The notes under the pieces: model-generated
The model's database searches: none
Seen by the model: only the letters and a program-made list of their open reading frames with translations
Told to the model about the DNA's origin: nothing
Shown here: piece after piece, positions 47,773-58,017 of the stretch
Layout: every line of letters begins with the position of its first letter
Position numbering within the stretch: the first letter of the stretch is position 1
Position numbers and translations under genes: made by a program
Source of the DNA: Entomortierella parvispora E1425
Taxonomy: Eukaryota > Fungi > Mortierellomycota
Assembly (NCBI GenBank): GCA_020891255.1
Contig: BQFW01000002.1
Location: 2,542,001-2,606,000, forward strand
Length of the DNA stretch: 64,000 bases
Direction of reading: 5' to 3'

Positions 47773-48874
47773 GGCCTTTTTGTTGCAATGAAGACCAACA
47801 GATAGTAATCCAGAGGGGAGAGAGCGAGAGGGACGGAGAAAGAGAAGTCAGCAGAGAAGGTCTTTGGCAGTTCCAACTCCAAGATAACACTGCCTATTGC
47901 CAGACAGTTACCTCAAGAATTCAGAAACAGGACGCGAAGGAAGAGAAAAATACAGGTTGGCGAAGGGTAGAACAAAAAAGAGAGGGAGCAAAGAAATATG
48001 GACAAGGAATGTACAGAGTATTTGGCTGTTTGGCGGGAGGCAAGGAGGGAAAGAGAGAACAAAACAAAAGGAGAAACGAAAAGAGGGACAAGAGGACAGG
48101 AACGAGAGGGAAAAGGTACCGAAATGCATCAGGCCTTTGACAACGTAATATAGCCCCGGAAGGAGGTAGGGGGGTGCAAGACGTGTGGGACGATCAACAT
48201 CGGCTCCCTAGGACTCAACCCTTTGACAAACAAAAGGACTTTCTCACTACGCCGGCCTTTTTTTTTTTTTTTTTTTTTGAATTTCAAATCTTTTCCCCCT
48301 TCCGACTGTGGCACCGACCACCACCTCAACCACACATACCAGTGCAAGCCGCACGGCCGCGCTGTCATCTGTTCCTTTCCCGCCATTTGCTCTCAATGTG
48401 CGCAACGCCTCCAAACTTTGTCACAGCTGACAGCAAGGAGCCAAAGACAACCCTTGCCCCTGAACAAGATCGCATTAGTGAACTGGGAACACACGTACAT
48501 GTACGACTCAATGTTGCGGAGAGAACACGCAGTGGAAAAGAACATGGTTCGCCGGATGGCTCATGATCGATATTTGGCGCCCGAAAACAACAACAACAAA
48601 AACAGCGATCTCACACACCTCAAGTTCTCCGTGTTTTTTTGATGGGCGCTAACAACATAGCGGGAAACACTAAAAAGCATTTTCAGGGACCGTGAACCAC
48701 AACAACAGGGAAAACCACTTCGATCTTGGAAACCTTGGAAGGTGAATGATGTAAACTGTGTACGGGCGGCGCCAATGTTCTCTCTTTTTTATTGACGCAA
48801 CATCTAACTGAAAAAAAACACCCGACCCTGCAAAGACAAAACAGGCTGGCTCATGAACCCCCCGAAAGGCTCTT

Positions 48875-50709
48875 TTAAAGTCTCTTCACTCCCAGGAAAT
48901 GGTCTGGCTTGATTTTTCGCAGTCTCCACCAGTAATGGGAGCAAGAGCTCCACCACAAGGCCGTCACACGGCCCTCGTCGTTCTGGTACCAGGACTTGCA
49001 AGATGAGGACCAGACCATTCCTTTCATTTTCTCGTCCACCTCATCCACAAAGTCTTGACAGGCTTTGTCTGTGGACTGGATGGAAGACAGGTTGTGCTTC
49101 ATCATAAAGCTGATTGCCTTAATCGCAAAGTCGACCTGGGTTTCAATCATGAACAAGACAGAGTTGTGACCGAGTCCTGTGCTGGGTCCCAACAGGAGAA
49201 ACATGTTTGGGGTATCTGCAGAAGTGATACCGTAGTACGTCTTTGGGTTCTGGCCCCAAGCTTTGGCCATATCCTTTCCGTCTTTGCCAATGACCAGGTT
49301 CTCGGCCAAAACGTCCTGAACATGGAATCCTGTGGCAAGAATCAAAACATCAACCTCTTGCACAGAGCCATCCTTAAGGAACAAGGAATTGCCCTTGACA
49401 CCGGTAATAGTCTCTGTGTGAACGTTGACATTCTTCTTGGTGAGGGTTGGCAAATAATCCGAGGAGACGACAATGCGACGGCAACCCATGACATAGGTTG
49501 GGGTCAGCTTCTTGCGCAAGACTGGATCACGGACGTTCCAGTATCTGAAAGACCAGGCCAGGAATGTCGCCACCATACGAACAAAGGTGTGGCGCTTCTT
49601 GGAGCTGAAGGCACGGATCGTGAATTCGGACCCCCAGTACGTGAGCTTGTAAAACAAAAAGTGCACAAAGGGAATGTACTTGAACATAAACTTCAAGAGG
49701 GCCGAGTTAGTGGCGTTTCGGCGTGGAACAATGTAGGAGGCAGTGCGCTGATAAAATTCAAGGGTCTTGACCTTGTCCACGATCGACGGGACAACTTGAA
49801 TGGCACTAGTGCATACAAGAAAGCGACAACTCAGCAAAGCGTGGCGGTTTTCAATCATGGACGAAGATTCCGGCAAATAAAACCAAAAAAATTCCTCTCA
49901 TACCTAGCACCACTTCCGACAATGGCCACGCGCTTGCCAGTGAGATCATAGTCGTGGTTCCACTGGGCCGTGTGCCACTTGGGACCCTCAAAGGCATCAA
50001 ACTGCTTGGGGATTTGAGGGATACGAAGAGGGCCCATTCCTGAAAAGACAATGTCTGCCCTAGTTTGGTGTTGCTCACCCGTTTGCAGGTTGGTATAGTC
50101 CAGGACCCATTGCTGTAGGTCTTCGTGCCATTCTGCGTGCTTAATCTCCGTTCTGAAGCGGATCTTTTCGTAAATGTTGTACTTTCTTGCCGTCTTTTTC
50201 AAGTACTCCCAAATCTCTTGTTGTCCAGCATACGTCTTGGACCATTCGTAATTTGGCTCGAAGGAGAACTGATAGTTGATCGACTTGACATCACAGGCGC
50301 ACCCTGCAACGCGAAAATAAAAAGACAAAGATGGAAGGGTCTACATTAGCATTTGAAGCCTCGAAAGGGCAAGACTGAAGTGAAGCGAGTGTTCCTGATA
50401 GATCCTTTACCTGGATAAGTGTTTGATAACCAAGTGCCACCTAGTTCGTGTTCCAGCTCAAAAATCTCGAAGGTATTCAGGTTGAGCAGTGTCTGCAATC
50501 TGATACCAGCACAGATGCCTGAGAATCTATGACAAAGAGGAAAAAGAGACGCGAAAAAATGGCGCGGTTCCTGAATTAATTTTCCGTGGGCCGTGTTCAC
50601 TTTGAGCAGGACCTGGCCCGAAGAACGAACAAGGGTATCGCACATACCCTGCACCGATAATGACAACCTTGGGGGTCGAGCCGTCCTTGTAGGTTGTTGT
50701 GAGGCCCAT
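48875..50709 (-). CDS. Baeyer-Villiger / flavin-binding monooxygenase (4 exons)
   Basis: VVIIGAG-FSG FAD motif, GGTWLSNTYPG-CACD, BVMO fingerprint FEGPKWHTAQW (FxGxxxHxxxW), NADPH motif VAIVGSGA-SAIQ, GCRR, ATGF, and SSCKSWY near the C-terminus. Confidence 0.93.
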
Positions 50710-51389
50710 TTCAGCAGTTGGGGTTGAAAGCAGATTTGAGAGAAAAGGGATGGGGGGGACTATGAGTAGAAGAGATGTGATTCAAATGAATGCAATGGAG
50801 GAGTAGGAATGGAGCAAACGAAAGAAAAAGAAAAAGGTCGGAGTCTTGCTCTGTATTTTTTTTCTTGGTGGACACCCGACGGCTCAAAGAATGCTTCTAA
50901 TTGCCCCACACTTGGCTTGCAGCTGCTTCAGTGAAGGTTATCTGTCATCCGAGAGCTCGTGTGCCTGTCTGCACATGCCAAAGCAAGCAGAACCAGCAGA
51001 ACCGAAAGGCCAGAAGACTCTGCAGGACCTGAAGGTCGTGTTTTGAGGACGGAAAGCGAAGCGCGTGCACGGCGACGGGCGGGGATGCGATCGAGCCGCA
51101 AGAGGGGCACAGGCCAGGCACCGTCCGTCGTCAATCTTCCTTCTCCACGACCCGAAGAAGAGAAAGAGGGGAAAGGGTCCTTCCCTCCCACTCCCCACCA
51201 TCGGCTGCTGGACCATCTCGATCGCAGCAAAGAGACAGGCAGTCACACCCATCCACCACGTGGCTACGGTTGCAGGCACATGCGTGGGCGCAAGAGGGGT
51301 GCATGCTCGCTCATCTGCATCATTCGTTTCTTTCTTCATTTCCTTCTTTTGTCTTTATTCTCACACTCTCATCTCTTTCTCTTTCCACC

Positions 51390-52118
51390 ATGTCTAATAT
51401 GCGCCCTGAAGAAATTAAGGAGGCCTTTGCCCTGTTTGATCCTCAGAACACAGGATCTATCCAGCCTCAGGCCTTCCAGAGCTTTCTTGATGCAAGTGTC
51501 TATTCTCTTTGTCTTCTTTCTTTGCGCTTTCGCTTTGCTATCACTCATCCATGGATGACGCGTCTCACGCTCTGAGGTCTCGAAGCCTACCTTCAAGTCG
51601 CTAATCTTTTCGTTTTCCTGTGTTCAGACTTTGGGCGACCAAGAGCTCAAGCAGGCCGTTCGTATCCCAAACCACGCAATTGACCTTCGCGAGTTCACGG
51701 AGCTTATGAATCGTTATAACCAGGACAATAGCAAGGACCCAGAAGAGCCTTACCGTCGCGCCTTTGCCTCCATCAACAAGGATGGCTCTGGTCAGGTGTC
51801 TGCACAAGAACTGCGCGCAGCCATTCAGCAGTTCTTGGGTACCAACGTCCTGTCAGAGGTAAGGAATAGGATCAAGATTGATTGGAATCCTAAAAAAAAA
51901 GTTGATACCAAAATGGTTTTTGCGTGTGGTGAAGGCCTCTGCTACTGCTAATGTTGCTCTTTCTCATGACATATTTTGATCATGTTTGGTTTTAGGCTGA
52001 TGTCGATGAGATCATCAGGGAAGGAGACGTCTCTGGCGACGGACGCATTACACTGGAAGAATTCTTGAAGATCATGCAGAAGAGCGAAAAATACCATCGT
52101 GGCGAGCACGTTCTCTAA
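51390..52118 (+). CDS. Divergent calmodulin/centrin-like EF-hand protein (3 exons)
   Basis: EEIKEAFALFDPQNTGSI...YRRAFASINKDGSGQVSAQELR...ADVDEIIREGDVSGDGRITLEEFLKIM. Stop at 52118. Confidence 0.85.
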
Positions 52119-52249
52119 GCAACACGCTCCCATTTTATTCTTTCCCCCCAGTGGATCAGATCAGCCTTAAAGAAATGTGGAACTTTCGACTGGATCTCCA
52201 ACAACTTTTATTATCTTGTTCTCACAATAAACCGTCAGGGATCCTTTAT

Positions 52250-53818
52250 TCACGAGTCATGGAGCAGATTTGCCAACAACATGTTTGCTTCTTTAGCAGG
52301 TTTGATCCACTCTATTCCCACAGCCATGAGTGAGGGCAGTGAAGGGATTAGCGTTAGATGGTATTGCTTCCCAACGAGCACTGATGTTTTAAGAAATGGG
52401 GCAGCAGAAGATTTGGATCCTGATGATGAAGAGACCAAAATCGGAGCAACGGTCGCGTGTAGTATAAAGGTTCCGCGTCGAACAGATTGACTTGCCAATC
52501 GACCCAAACAAATATCCAGCCAGAGCTTCTCTTCCTCCTTGGCGCGTTGAGAGACATCATTGTCCATGGACTCCACTTGGCCGTCTGAGATCCCCGAAGG
52601 TCCTGATGGCGCCTTGCTTTTGAATGATAATACGCCTCTTCGGCTCAGTATCCTGAGCAATCGCAAGCAGACATTTGAACGGGTTTCATGGTCTGACATA
52701 AAAGTACTCTTTTGTAGACCCAATAGGGTCCAGGCAACGGCTTCTTGATCTTTTCCAACTGTCAAAGTTGCCTCGCCGGTACCATCGCGGATGGAGCATT
52801 CCATCTGAATATCGAGTCTCCACTTTTTCGAACTACATCCAAAAACACAATGCTGGTTCCGGTAATCGTTTTCGCATTCTGCGCAGATGGCGCGAAATAC
52901 ACAGCTTTTGATATTGGTGAGAGAACACAAATGACGGTGGATAGTGTTGGTCTCCTGAGCCCCATCGCTGTCTCCTGGGTTCTTTTTCCTAGCAGCTGAT
53001 TCTAATCCGAGGGTCCAAATATGTGAGAAATTGACGATAGGTGATGGGTCAGACTCGATGGTGTGCACTTTCGGATGATCCCAAGCAGAGTCCAGCAAGT
53101 CGATAGGATCAAAGCTATTAACCAGCGGTTGTTGGAGTGATAAAGTCAAAGGAAGGCTTGCTCCAGTCTGCGGTAGTGGAGAGCGCTTTGGATGTACGCA
53201 GGTCTCTTCCAATATCCAACAGGTTGATTTTGGTTGTCCAATGCAGGCGATTACTGGTGCTCTCCCATGTCTTTGTTCCACAAGCAGAAGAACATCAAAG
53301 ACCTGAATCCTCTCTCCTTCTTTGACACCAGACGTCCGAGATTTCGAGCCGGCCTTCACTGCGTCCCTGCTAAGTAACACGGCAACTAGGGGGTGCTTCT
53401 CCCGGCTGCTGATGTGGTCCTTCTGATCCATTTCTCGGTCAGAGTCAGACCACGATATAGTGGAGTCGGCGTCAGAATCCTTGTCGTCGTCCGAGTCAAT
53501 AATGATGGTAATGTTCTGTTCCTTGGATTGTCTGGTCGAATCTTGAGTTGATAGGCGGTTATTTCCATGTTGATTCGATATGGAGGCAGCCAACCAAAGG
53601 ATGATGGGATCGTCTTTAGCCTCTGTCCCTTGAAGACTGTGGAACGTGTTCAATGCCTGTGAGTGAAGGATGAGAGGAGAGCAGTGTGTGCCTGTGACCC
53701 TTGCGACCTGTCCCTCGAAAGTGACAACGGGAGGGGAGGACGTTGACCGGCGCGATTGAGCAAGGCGGGTGTGAGCGGCTGCAATCACCGCAGTCACGGA
53801 GATGGGAGGAGGTGACAT
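52250..53818 (-). CDS. CTC1 (CST complex)-like OB-fold/zinc-ribbon protein, 522 aa, intronless
   Basis: The C-terminal half parallels my recollection of the CTC1 C-terminal OB fold: CSLTNIKSCVFRAICAECENDYRNQHC (zinc ribbon), CSIRDGTGEATLTV...AWTLLGL (cf. EDGTAEAVVTC...AAALGL), RRGVLSFK, LWLDICL and LTLIPSLPSLMAVGIE. Confidence 0.65.
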   Translation of the reverse strand: MSPPPISVTAVIAAAHTRLAQSRRSTSSPPVVTFEGQVARVTGTHCSPLILHSQALNTFHSLQGTEAKDDPIILWLAASISNQHGNNRLSTQDSTRQSKEQNITIIIDSDDDKDSDADSTISWSDSDREMDQKDHISSREKHPLVAVLLSRDAVKAGSKSRTSGVKEGERIQVFDVLLLVEQRHGRAPVIACIGQPKSTCWILEETCVHPKRSPLPQTGASLPLTLSLQQPLVNSFDPIDLLDSAWDHPKVHTIESDPSPIVNFSHIWTLGLESAARKKNPGDSDGAQETNTIHRHLCSLTNIKSCVFRAICAECENDYRNQHCVFGCSSKKWRLDIQMECSIRDGTGEATLTVGKDQEAVAWTLLGLQKSTFMSDHETRSNVCLRLLRILSRRGVLSFKSKAPSGPSGISDGQVESMDNDVSQRAKEEEKLWLDICLGRLASQSVRRGTFILHATVAPILVSSSSGSKSSAAPFLKTSVLVGKQYHLTLIPSLPSLMAVGIEWIKPAKEANMLLANLLHDS

Positions 53819-54213
53819 GTGGAGAAGGACATTGCCGTGGTGATGATGTCGGAAGAGAGAAAGAGAGATGAAGACACGAGGGATCAAAAGACCACTGAGG
53901 AATGAACAAGGAAAGAAAAGAATAAAAAAATAAAAAATAAAAAATAAAAAAGTGGTGGCGCAGGCGGGGAACAAAAAGAAGGAAAGAAAGAAACAAAAAA
54001 AAAAAAGAAAAAGAAAAAAACGCGAAGAAACGCGAGGTGGTGGCACTGCGATGGGTCACAATGCGTTTCCGGCTATTTTTCTTTTTTTTTTTTCTTGTTT
54101 TTGTTTGCACCCTTTGCACCCTTTGCAACCTTTGCACCCTTTGCTCGCTGTTTCCCTCTTCATCCCATTCCTTTGTTCCTCTTCCCTTGTCTGTCCACTC
54201 AACCCGCCTCTCT

Positions 54214-57200
54214 ATGGCTTTGCCCAACACCCCAGGGGCCACAGGCAAGCTGCCACCTCCCACCTCTGGCGCTGTCTCTCCCCTGACCTCACCGCAGAGT
54301 CAAGGGACCACGACCCCTCCGACAGGACTGCAGCGACTAATGCCCCTGCATCCAACACACGGACATCCTTCTCCCATGGGTCAATTGAGCCCAACACAGT
54401 CCCAAGGCCAGGGCGGGGTCGCACTGAATCAATTGAATCAGATCAACAACAACCTCAGTAGCAACAACCACATCCCTCATGATCCACATTTTCATGACCA
54501 TCTGCAGCGCCAGCTTTTGTCCATCGTCAGCAATCGACAAGTGAAACTGCATCGAGATGTCAACGGGATCATCCAAAGTAAAGATGACGATTCAAACTTT
54601 TTTCTTCTTTTTTTCCCCTTTCTTTCGACATCGAGGGCAGCTTCTGCTTCTTTGAAACGATAAGAAGTAAAGAGAGTCTCACCATGGCCCTCTCTGTATC
54701 TTAGGTTACAACGCGTCCATGGAGCAGGATATGAGTTTTATCGTCAATACTTTCATCCATACAAAGGCGGAACTGGAGCAGGTCCAGAAGGATAATAGTC
54801 TTCTACGAGAGATAAAAGATCAGGCGACCGCCGAGATTGCACGTCTCCGAGAAGCAGGCAACCTTGCCAACATCGAAATAGGGCGACTTCGACAAGCAGG
54901 AACTCAAGTGCAGCAGGAACTGATGAATCTGAGAAGGCTGTATCAGTTGCTTTACAACACTAAGCTGACGTTGGCAGGCGGGAATGTAGGGAATGGAGAA
55001 GTGACCTTCGGAGGGAATGTCGTGATTCCCTGGAACGATCCCAATGATCCCATCACATTGGACAATCCATCACCTGAAAGTCGCACCTCAATTCAAACTG
55101 CAGCTTCTGTAGCCAGTCCGACTTCAACCCCAGCTGCAACTCCAATTGCATCCACGGTCGTAACGCCAACCTTAACTCCCACCTCAGCTCCAACACCAGT
55201 CCCAACCTCTACTTCCTTTAATAGCGCAACCAAACTTCTTACGACCATCACCTCTCCAGATATCAGCGACGGGAATCGTATAATTGAAATCGATTCCCAG
55301 GGGCCAGAAACCTTCTCGGCTGAGGATGAACCAGTTGCAATATCTGATATTGAAATGGTCTCCAAAGAACTTTTACGTGCAACGGAGGATATAGCAGCTC
55401 TGAAGAAGGAGAATCAGAGGCTTGTGGATCACTTGGAATCGGCAAACAAACGCGGGGATGATCTTGAGCTCTCGATCATTAGCAAACAGGCCGTTAACAA
55501 GACACTTGCAGATTTGTATGGGAGCCGGAACCGCTCCCTAATGGAAAAGACTCAGCAGATGGACCAGATGAGACTGCAGCTTGAGCAAGCAAAGGCGGAT
55601 ATAGCCAGGTTTCATGGACTCTTGTCGACAGCAACCACAGATCTTCAGTCGGCACAAAACTTCATATTCGCCCACTATGGTGCTCTAGCCAGGTCTGTTG
55701 CCGAAAAGAAGAAGCAGGCCATGTCGCAACAGGGACCACAGTCTCCAGGAACACCTACTCAGCTGTCATCTCCGTCCTTCATGCCGACTGCAGAGACCGT
55801 AATGCGAACTCTTGAAACCTCAGTGTTGGAAACTGCCAAGGCTGCCTCATCCATTCAAGACTACATACGGCCCACCAATGGAAGTGAACACCACTCGCAG
55901 GCTCAGCAGCTTGCTTTTCCACCGGTCGGCTCATTTGGCTCGTCAGCGCCTACACCTCCAGTTCATACTTTTAGACCGACTGGGAAACCAACCGTACTAC
56001 AGCCGCCAGGAAGACCAGCCCCTATGAGACCAGCTCAAATGACACCAGTAGTGCTGAGTCACCATTTAAATACATCGGCGATTGTGCCAGGAAGATCACC
56101 AGGAGCATCACCCGGGAGACCATCAAACACACTGGGGAGACCGCCTGGAAAATTATCAGGAAGCCTGCCAGTATCCCTTCAGTCTGGAGGTCCGACAGTT
56201 CACTCTTTCGGTCCCTCAGCGCCGATTGTGCAAGGAGAACCTATACCCGCCCCACCATCGACAGCACATTCTTTTAGGCCGACCCTTACTGGGAAACCAA
56301 CAACGCCGATGTCGCCTCCACAATGTATACCAGGTCCTCTACCCACCGTTGGAACGTTCAAGCCGCAGTCCAACTTAGGCATTCACCCTTCACAGCCGAC
56401 GAATGCTGTGTTGCACAATGGTCGCCAAAAAACGGATACACCCTCTGCAGTCATTGATCTCACCTCTACGGATAGCCCACCTCTTGTACCTGAATTACCC
56501 GAACCATCAAGTCTGAGGGGTAAAGCACAGCCAGCGGCAGGAGGAACATTTGTGCCCACTGCAGAACCAGGAGCGCTCCCGCTCTCCATCAAGCAACACA
56601 CGACCAGTTTCGCTAAAACCATGTCTACAGAAAACGTTGTCCAACAGGCGCCAGTAGCGGTCGTGACCGGGCAAAAGGAAGATGCATCAGGATTGAGCTC
56701 CAACGGCGTAGAAAAAAATAAGGAGGTCCATGACGCCAGTTCATCAGCACAGAAGAATGTCCAACAAAGCAAGCCCAACGATGCTGGACAGTTGAGAATA
56801 GAAAACAACAAACAAAATGCAGTGACACCGCCAAACAAAGTTAGTACGCCATCAAATGGAAATATGGCATGGATGGCAGTGGAAACAAAGACGACAACAC
56901 CGCTGCCACCTGCACCCGTCCCTGTTTTGGCGGATCGAACCAATACTGGAGATATCATTGACTCGATAGGACCATCAAGCACTAGCGGCGGACCTAATGC
57001 GAATTCAGAGGATAATGCCACAAAGACAGGCATTCCTAGCACTGTGACCCCGAGTTCAAGTAGTGGCGCTGCGACGTCCGAAGGCACTCATCCTCAGAAT
57101 ATGGCAACTGTAAGCACAGGCGGCAGTCTTCTGACAGGCAAACTATTGTTTGGAGTAAAGGCGAATGGACAGAAACCGTTATCATCCTCAGCTGCAGTAC

Positions 57201-57883
57201 CACCATCAGCAGCGCACTCAGCGTCATTGTCACAAAAGCCGTCCAGCGAAGCTGCACCGGTCGATAGCAACAAGAAAGGACCGCGTAATGCAGAAAAGCA
57301 GGCCAAGGCGGAACGCGTAGCGGCTGCTAGGAAGAGGCTTTTAGCGAAGGCCAAGGCCTTTGAGGAGATGATGGCCGCGAAAGAGTCAACAAACCTGACT
57401 CTCATTGGTGGAAGTAGTGCCAGTGGGAACGGCGCATCACAAGCAGTGCCGCCAACCCAGCCACCCATCCACCCATCGAAAAAGGTGGAGAACAAGCCAG
57501 ATCGACCTCCAGAGGATATTTTGTCAGGAGAAGACGAACGGTCGCCATCACTATCGCCGCCACCGCCATCAACATCATTGTCATCCTCGTCACCATCGCC
57601 ACGTCGGTCGTCATCGTCTGGCCAGATAGCGCCTCTTGAGGCACAAACGCCAGCTAAGGAAGTCCCGGCGGTCAAGGAAGTCCGAACTGCAACGTTGGCC
57701 CGAAAGTCCAGTTTCGTGAAGATACCAGGACGCTTCTATCTTTCAGCGGTTGAGATTCCTATTCGGGACAAAGTAAATCCCACAAAAAGATCATCAGCAC
57801 CCGTCGCCAAGAAGACCCAAGTCAAAGCACCTACGAAGAGGAAATGGGTCATTGTGTCGGGTTCTGATGAGGATGACTATTAA
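54214..57883 (+). CDS. Uncharacterised coiled-coil plus P/S/T-rich protein (2 exons; intron 54578-54704)
   Basis: Upstream exon MALPNTPG...VNGIIQ splices in phase 1 to (S)YNASMEQDM, in frame with the 1054-aa ORF. It has two heptad-rich segments and a basic tail. Confidence 0.75.
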
Positions 57884-58017
57884 TTACTCTGATAGCTTTG
57901 TTCTTATGTACAATACATTGTTCTTGTATTTTATTCTCTTTCATCTCATTCAAAGGATCCACTTGTCCTTGAACATCATGAACGAGGGTTGTGTCTTTTT
58001 TATTTTCTAGAGTTCAC

